From contig JBEUKZ010000032.1 in assembly GCA_048128005.1 (NCBI GenBank), positions 124,001 to 188,000 on the forward strand: 64,000 nucleotides of DNA, read 5' to 3'. The notes below the pieces were generated by a model. The model did no database searches and had not been told where the DNA came from. It saw only the letters and a program-made list of their open reading frames with translations. The stretch is from Veleropilina oligotropha (Eukaryota). Shown one piece after another: positions 57,501-64,000 of the stretch (position 1 is the first letter of the stretch; the number at the start of each line of letters is the position of its first letter). The translations under genes were made by a program, and so were the position numbers.

Positions 57501-59312
57501 CATTGAACCCAAAAAAAAGTCCAGCGGGGATATCTGCATTCGAGTAAGGAAGCACCTGCCATGTTATAGATCTATAAACAGGGATAATTGCTGCAATTAT
57601 TACACGTATTAAAGTGTCCAGTGATTCTTTTTGCAAAGAATCATTGTGAACAATATTCTGTGCAATTAAGTCCATGGTGATCTGTCATTGATGCATATGT
57701 TGTTATTACGATAGTGGGTTTACTATTGAACGAGGCTATTGCCTGAATCTGCCAATGTACAACATGGCAAATAAACTTTGCCATGCATAAATTTCAAAGT
57801 GATAATGCTGTCGCATTTGTCCAAAATATAGTGTGTGAAAATTTTGTGAATTTTTATTTGAAATTCAGATAAGTTGCTTTCCTTAACAATTGCTCAGGAA
57901 CTGTGTCTGTGATCACAGCAGATGGAAGGATCATTGTTGTAAGTATCATTTAAATAATAGTGGTAATGTATAGCAACTTCAACAAAATATAACAATAAAG
58001 ATGGATTCGCATTTAATTAATTTAATCAATTGCAAAAGAAGGGCTGATTGATATCTCATTAGAGTCAGAGACCTGAGTTTGAAACCTGGGTCACCTGTGC
58101 CCGGTAGTTTTCTCAAATAAGTAGTCTCCATTGCATACAGATAGAGATATTAAACATGGGGTCATAATCTCATATCGGGACATGTCAAGATTATTATATT
58201 TGGCATTCTCATTATAGGGAACTCTGAAGGGGTTTGATCAGACCATCAACTTGATCCTTGATGAGAGTCACGAGCGCGTGTTCAGTTCGCACCAAGGCGT
58301 GGAGCAGGTCATCCTAGGCCTGTACATCATACGAGGGGACAACGTGTAAGTCAACGCATGCATCCACTTGAAGCATTGCACACCATACGAGGGGACAACA
58401 TGTAAGTCAATGCATGCATCCACTCAAAGCATTGTACATCATACGAAGGGACAACGTGTAAGTCAACGCACGCATCCACTCAAAGCATTGTACATCATAC
58501 GAGGGGACAACGTGTAAGTCAACGTACGCATTCACTCCAAGCATTGTACATCATACGAGGGGACAAAGTGTAAGTCAACGCACGCATTCACTCAAAGCAT
58601 TGCACATCATACGAGGGGACAACGTGTATGTCAACGCATGCATCCACTCAAAGCATATACATTAGCGGATGTAGACCATGTTACTGACAATAATTTAATC
58701 ACCGGACGATAAACTTGAATGCTATGCTGTCACCTCCGTTTCTCTTCCGCATCTGCAGAAATTTCGTGTGTGCACTTTAATTCAACATTTATAATCCAAT
58801 TTGCTTCAAATTGTATGTATATACATGTACAGTGCAGGACAAAGGAAATATGTCCTAAATAACAGGTGACAGGAAACATGCTGATGAATTGAATCCTATT
58901 AGTCCAAGGTTTGATGTTTTCAGTATTACAGGTAATAAAATAAACCTGTTTTGGTTGTAATCAGGTGCCAATTCAGTGAACAGCAACATGATAGCTTGCT
59001 CTGGCTTGCTTGGCTATGGGAATGTGAAGCAAACATGAGGCTATAAAGTACACACTGTACCAGTAATATCTTCTGACCAACTTAACTGTATGATACCACG
59101 GAATTCTTGGTTCTAATCGTATATCGACACTGATTATTTGAAATCAACACAGCAAAATATTAATTTAATTATATAAATAGATTTTGATACATATATTAAT
59201 TGTTTTGATTTTCTGTTGTAGAGCGATTATTGGAGAAGTTGATGATGATACAGACACGTCTCTAGATTTGAATAACATCAAGGCTGAGCCTTTGAACGGT
59301 GTTGTTCATTGA
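42531..59312 (+). CDS. LSM8: U6 snRNA-associated Sm-like protein LSm8; exons 42531-42561, 57898-57938, 58218-58345, 59222-59312 (96 aa)
   Basis: Spliced product MASALESYVNRTVSVITADGRIIVGTLKGFDQTINLILDESHERVFSSHQGVEQVILGLYIIRGDNVAIIGEVDDDTDTSLDLNNIKAEPLNGVVH*; all splice phases are compatible. Confidence 0.96.
43091..44052. mobile_element. Non-autonomous TIR element, CATAC...GTATG ends, 7-bp TSD CAATATG
   Basis: CAATATG|CATACT(agtact)TGCCAACC ... GGTTGGAAAGTATG|CAATATG. Confidence 0.75.
43279..43449. mobile_element. 171-bp foldback MITE with perfect 70-bp arms and 8-bp TSD TGATCGAA
   Basis: TGATCGAA|CACAGGGGCATG...CATGCCCCTGTG|TGATCGAA. Confidence 0.9.
44107..46350. repeat. Helentron-associated-like repeat copy (interrupted by a MITE) ending in a short hairpin
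   Basis: Same unit as the 48110-52480 array; two ~158-bp subrepeats; end tagggcttcaagcttgaaagagcttgaagcccta. Confidence 0.75.
44569..45779. mobile_element. 1.2-kb non-autonomous TIR element, TIR CAGTGTTTGTAAC, 6-bp TSD GTAACC
   Basis: Paralogous uninterrupted repeat copies (e.g. ~48635, ~49195) carry a single GTAACC, which confirms the TSD. Confidence 0.92.
48110..52480. repeat. Young tandem array of ~1.6/1.05/1.6-kb near-identical units (Helentron-like)
   Basis: Units begin ttaaagctgcg at ~48110, ~49711, ~50763 and ~52376; nested ~560-bp, ~270-bp and ~158-bp subrepeats. Confidence 0.9.
55003..55335 (+). repeat. ~170-bp direct tandem duplication
   Basis: aattttgtcaagattaggacgcccgtag...aaaagaggtcat occurs twice. 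Confidence 0.9.
58321..58656 (+). repeat. 56-bp tandem repeat x6 spanning the LSM8 exon 3/intron 3 junction
   Basis: Unit tgtacatcatacgaggggacaacgt|gtaagtcaacgcatgcatccactcaaagcat. Confidence 0.95.
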
Positions 59313-59926
59313 TGTCCCCAGAAAGAGACTGAGACTGTGTAATTATTGGCATCTATGAGAACGTGTTAATAATTTTAGATGAGCACAACAGGAGGTTGCT
59401 GATGATTGGCCAATGTTTGCTATCCCGAATTCTCATTGGTGAAATATCACTGGTGAAAATGGAAACACTAAAGCTGGTACACAACTTATAATTAGCGATA
59501 TGTTTTTGCTAAGTTAATCACCATGGTGTTACATGTATGAAAGATCTTTAACAATTCTTCTTTTGATATTGAGGTTACACTGAAATATTTATTATCATGT
59601 AAATTTACATTGTCATTTATGTGTCTCATTTTAATTGTAATGCGTCATTTGATTTAAAACAATGTTCTTCTTTATTTTTGCTTGATTTTAAACTAATATA
59701 AGCAAATAGCACAATTAACCATATAATTTCCTTTCTTTGTATTATAATGTACTTTATTGTGTTATCAGAACATATACATGTAGTTGATTATGGGAATTTT
59801 CATGATGTTTTAAAATTAGTTTAATCCGTGTTTACGAGAATGAAATCGCATGTTTGCGCCAGAAAGAATAAACAGTTTTCATTGGTTGATTGCAGTTTCA
59901 TGATCATACATATGTAACAGTATGGA

Positions 59927-60460
59927 TTATTGTATCTCCCGAAACGAAAGTGTCTGGGGATACTAGGGTTTAGCGTCCGTCACACCGCGTCCGCAAAGTG
60001 ATTCCTCGTGATCGCACTAGACAAGCCATTTCTTAACAGAATGTTTTCAAATTTGGTATGTGCCTTGGTTGGGGCGAGGACACGACACCTATAAAATTTG
60101 GGTGTGGTCTGCCCTCCAAGATGGCCGCCACGACCTCCATCTTGGATTTTAAAGCATAATTCCTTGTAATCGCTCTAGACCAGTCATTTCTTAACTGAAT
60201 GTTTTCAAATTTGGTGTGTTCATCAGTTGGGGTGAGGAAACGACACCTATATAATTTGGGTGTGGTCCGACCTCCAAGATGGCCGCTGTGGCATCCATCT
60301 TGGATTTTAAGCATAATTCTTTGTGATCGCTCTAGACAAGCCATTTCTTAACGGAATGTTTTCAAATTTGATATGTGCATTGGTTGGGGCGAGGACACGA
60401 CACCTATTTATTTTGGGTCAAGTGACCCCAATATTTTGGCGGTCATCTTGAATTTCATTC
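59927..60460 (+). mobile_element. Helentron-associated-like repeat with ~150-bp internal tandem units
   Basis: Starts ttattgtatctccc...ggggatac (hairpin), then CGTC repeats and three units containing caagatggccgc. Confidence 0.55.
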
Positions 60461-60912
60461 GAAAACCATTTCTTTTATAAATTTGTTAATATTTAACCTA
60501 GCGTAACATGATTTATATATTCAGATACCAGAGGTAATTGTCTGAAATGTCATAAAGTGGATTTTTTATTTTTAAATTTAACCGGTGGCCATATTGGATT
60601 TAAATTTTAAGAGTTTTTAAAATGACTATATCTTGTTTCTTCAAGAACTTGATAAAAAACCCTGAATATTAATCAATATCAATATTTTAAATGATTAGCG
60701 AAACATGTTTACTGTTACATTGATGCTAATGCATTAATTTCTTACTTGAATATGTATGGTTTATTGGTATGTCCTTCATACTCGTATATATCTTGTGTTA
60801 GTTCAGCATTGAGTTAATTTAAATTTATTGTCGGCACAATATTAGGATACATGTACATGCAAATGCATCCAGATAACACTATGAAAGATATTATCAAAAT
60901 AATCCTAGAGTA

Positions 60913-61126
60913 GCCGGGCGCAGTGTGGTCGAGTGGATACGGTTCTGGTCTACTAAAAGGTCCAGGGTTCAGTCCCAGAGAGTGCTTGAGATTTTCCCCA
61001 TGATCGCTGCCTCCTTTGCATACATCACCAATTCATTTTATATTTCAAAGCTGATTGACCCAATTTATGACTGAAATACTGTTGGAATGGGCCATGATGA
61101 CTGTTAAACATCAATTCATCATCATC
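60913..61126 (+). mobile_element. tRNA-derived SINE, second family
   Basis: GTGGTCGAGTGG A-box, GGTTCAGTCC B-box, tail atgactgaaatactgttg...ttaaacatcaa(tca)n. Confidence 0.55.
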
Positions 61127-63289
61127 ACCCGAGAGTAGGCTGTATATTTTTTAAATTTTTCACAAGGCTTTTGAAGTGTCTGGTAGTGCATGAATAGTAT
61201 CTGAAACTTTATGCATTTTGACGATAAAGAATTTATCATGGTTAAAATGACCCTTTGTAGATATAACTAAAACAGATAAGTAGATATGGTAGATGCACTA
61301 GCTGTGCTTTATAAACTACATATAAAAAATATTACCTTGAATGTTTGTGTTTTACTTATGAGTATAAAATACAATTATTTTATACAATTTCTTTCTAGTT
61401 TTTAGTTCTGTCATTTTTTTTTAACTGTTATCATTCTTTCTCTCAGCAGAATCGATTAGTGTTGTAAAAGTTAATATATTGTTGATAAATACTATTTTTT
61501 CATATATACATCTAATGAAGAGTTGTCCAAAATATATATTTGTACATGTATATATCATCAAAGGTAGAGTGTAAGTGGCACAACACAGGACTCCTAATGC
61601 AGGTGCCTATGGTGCGATCCTTGGTGTGACAAGATTGTGTGATCTGCTGGTTCTTCATCAGACATGTCGGGCCCTCGGTTGCGCTAACTGATAGGAGTTG
61701 GTTCGAATCTCAACATTCTTTGTTCAATTATCTATCACAGCTGTCTGAATCTAGCCGGATTTCCTTGAGCGATCAGGCTTTCCTTCCTTGATATAGATGT
61801 CGTGCCTTGAATCTGATGCTTGTAAATATACAGGACATTAAGCGTCAATCAATCCATCATCAGACATGTAATGTAACCATGCATTGATTGATATATTTTC
61901 GTGCTTTGACATCGATTGTTAATGTGTATAGGTTGCTGGTAAATTATTATTATCGCTAAGACAACGATGGTTTGACCAATATATAGACATTCAATGTTCC
62001 TATCTTAAATGTCAGTCACGATTCCATTTTGATTAATTCCTTGTCCATTTAAAGCCACAATCTCACTGTAACGAGTTTGCTCCAGAGTAGCCGCGATCCG
62101 TCCCGGTCTCATCCATCCACGATCGCTCCAGACTTTTTCGAAAATTAGATCAGCAAGAATCTACTTCACTCCAGACCTTGCCACGAATGTTCTCCTGCGA
62201 ATGCACAAGACTACTGTCGACTGTTGTAAGAATGCACTCCGTATTAAGACCGAGACTACATATATCTACGACATAGCACAACTCCACTACGTTTCCACCA
62301 CGATCTGGCCTTACTGTGCAACATATCACAACGTACTCCAACAACGTTAGAGCCTGCTATAGTTCCTAATACAATAATGTATCAGACTCTAACGGCTGAG
62401 CTGAAATTTCTCACCGCAGAATAATCTAAAGGTGAAAATCACGTCCCGTGGCGAAAAATGCTAAAATTCAATAAAGTAACTACAGTTTATCACTTACTTG
62501 CATCGATATATGTTCCTTTATATCAAATTTCATCACATGCTGCCCCAATTTTGTTACCTTAACACCGAAAAGCTACTTTGTAACACAAAACGAACGGATT
62601 TTAACTTTCACAATGTAAACAGAAGACGGTCGCTATTTTGGGACGTTAGCATTACGTTTTCATTAAATCCACCAATCAAATCATTTAGCCAATTCTTCGT
62701 ATAGAGGTCGCGACCGAGGAGGAAAATACCGTCAAAAAGTTTGACGGTTAAACATTGACAAATAATGCTGTTTTATCATACATTATGACAACAAAATCAA
62801 TAAAAACTAACAGGTATGTGTATATTCATGCATATTTATACAATTTATGTATTTACTGTTTGTTTCACTATTTTTAATAAGTAATTTGATCCAAAACCGT
62901 TCCCGACGGATTTCGTCGGGAACCTGCTTGTCATAAATGGTGCTTGGGAGATATGAGCTAGGGTTGGGAAGGCACGTCAACCCGGTCTCATATGTTATAG
63001 GAGTAATCACAACGGTGACACCACCTCGGTGGTACTATGATTGCTGCAGATATTTCAGATCATGACTAGTTGGGAGCAAAGGCGTGACAGTGAAACTGGG
63101 GCTTTAACAACCTAATAGTATATACCATGGCATATCCATATTAGCACAGGAGGAAAGCCCAGTCGCCATAAAATACCCATCCAGTTATGGACAACTGTGA
63201 CTGGTACAGAACAAAGTGTCCTGTTGCAGGCGAGGATTTGAACCCATTTTTGTTAGATAGAGCATTCATGAGAATAAATAAAGAGCCCA

Positions 63290-63510
63290 GCTAGGATCTA
63301 ATTGACTCGACTACCGGTGCGGAAAATTTCTGATAGACTTCTTGATGCTGTAGATGTTTCATATCTGATATCTAAATAGCTCGAATGTAGTTTCTCTCGA
63401 TCTGATGTTATTTGATATGCAGACAATAGAACTGTTGATGACTGGTTTATGGGTTCTCTACGGGTGAGTTGGCATCTTGGTCTCGCTTCGATCTGACCGA
63501 CATACATTAG
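63290..63510 (-). mobile_element. Degenerate GIY-YIG endonuclease remnant (Penelope-like)
   Basis: YVGQ..R.....R..E motif; heavily decayed. Confidence 0.4.
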
Positions 63511-64000
63511 GAATATGCCTTCTATTATTTTAAACGAAGGAATGAACCGACGCTGATCTCGAACCCGGGACCAACTAACAGCTTCGTTTGACAGTCTGAC
63601 ACGCTATGAAAAAACGTAGATGAATATCAAACTTTGGTTGCTGATCCAGTAGGGTATTCAGTCCAAATCAACAGATGAATATGGCTTCTGTAACAATTAT
63701 TTGTTTGTGTCATTTCACCTTGACCGGTTGACATAGATTCCAAGATATCAGTTTTAAGGTTACCATATTAAATTGAACTTTTACAAGCCTAAAAATTGAA
63801 ACATTTGAAATGTACACGGTGATGATTGCAGGCAACTATTTATTTCATGTCTGATCATCTCATTACTTAAAGATGCATTGTCCGTAAAGTAGCGAAAAAC
63901 GCTTTTAATTTTAAACCTTAGACCGCAAACGTATTTTTGCCAGTTGGCTCAAGTTAGAAACTTGGCAATTTTTCCAAAAAAATCTACAGACGGTGTCCCT

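Larger units (their letters stand above)
42562..57897 (+). other. U12-type (minor spliceosome) GT-AG intron 1 of LSM8
   Basis: Donor GTATCCTTTT; branch site TTTCCTTAAC at 57878-57887, ending 10 nt before the intron end (CAG); no polypyrimidine tract. Confidence 0.9.

Overview
This is eukaryotic genomic DNA, probably from a marine invertebrate (the lophotrochozoan-like repeat landscape is an inference). (1) Bases 1-7181 are the right part of a GC-rich integrated virus-like/self-synthesizing element. It carries three small membrane-protein ORFs, a retroviral-type DDE integrase, a Cys/His finger ORF and a disrupted giant ORF. That ORF joins Rho_N-like, OTU-like (C...H), exonuclease-less PolB palm, SF1B (RecD/Pif1-like) helicase and HNH-like nuclease modules. 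The element appears to end in ...TGTACACA. (2) Next come an EF-hand (SCP-like) gene with an in-frame stop, a full-length decayed hAT-like transposon with a 6-bp TSD, and LINE, SINE and Penelope remnants. (3) MRPL2 (minus strand, 4 coding exons) has a 17.6-kb intron holding two full-length DIRS retrotransposons tail-to-tail, 104 bp apart; one looks intact. (4) LSM8 (plus strand, head-to-head with MRPL2, 96 aa) has a 15.3-kb U12-type first intron filled with nested MITEs and a Helentron-like tandem array, and its exon-3 donor is tandemly repeated 6 times. All calls are from manual reading; no searches were run.
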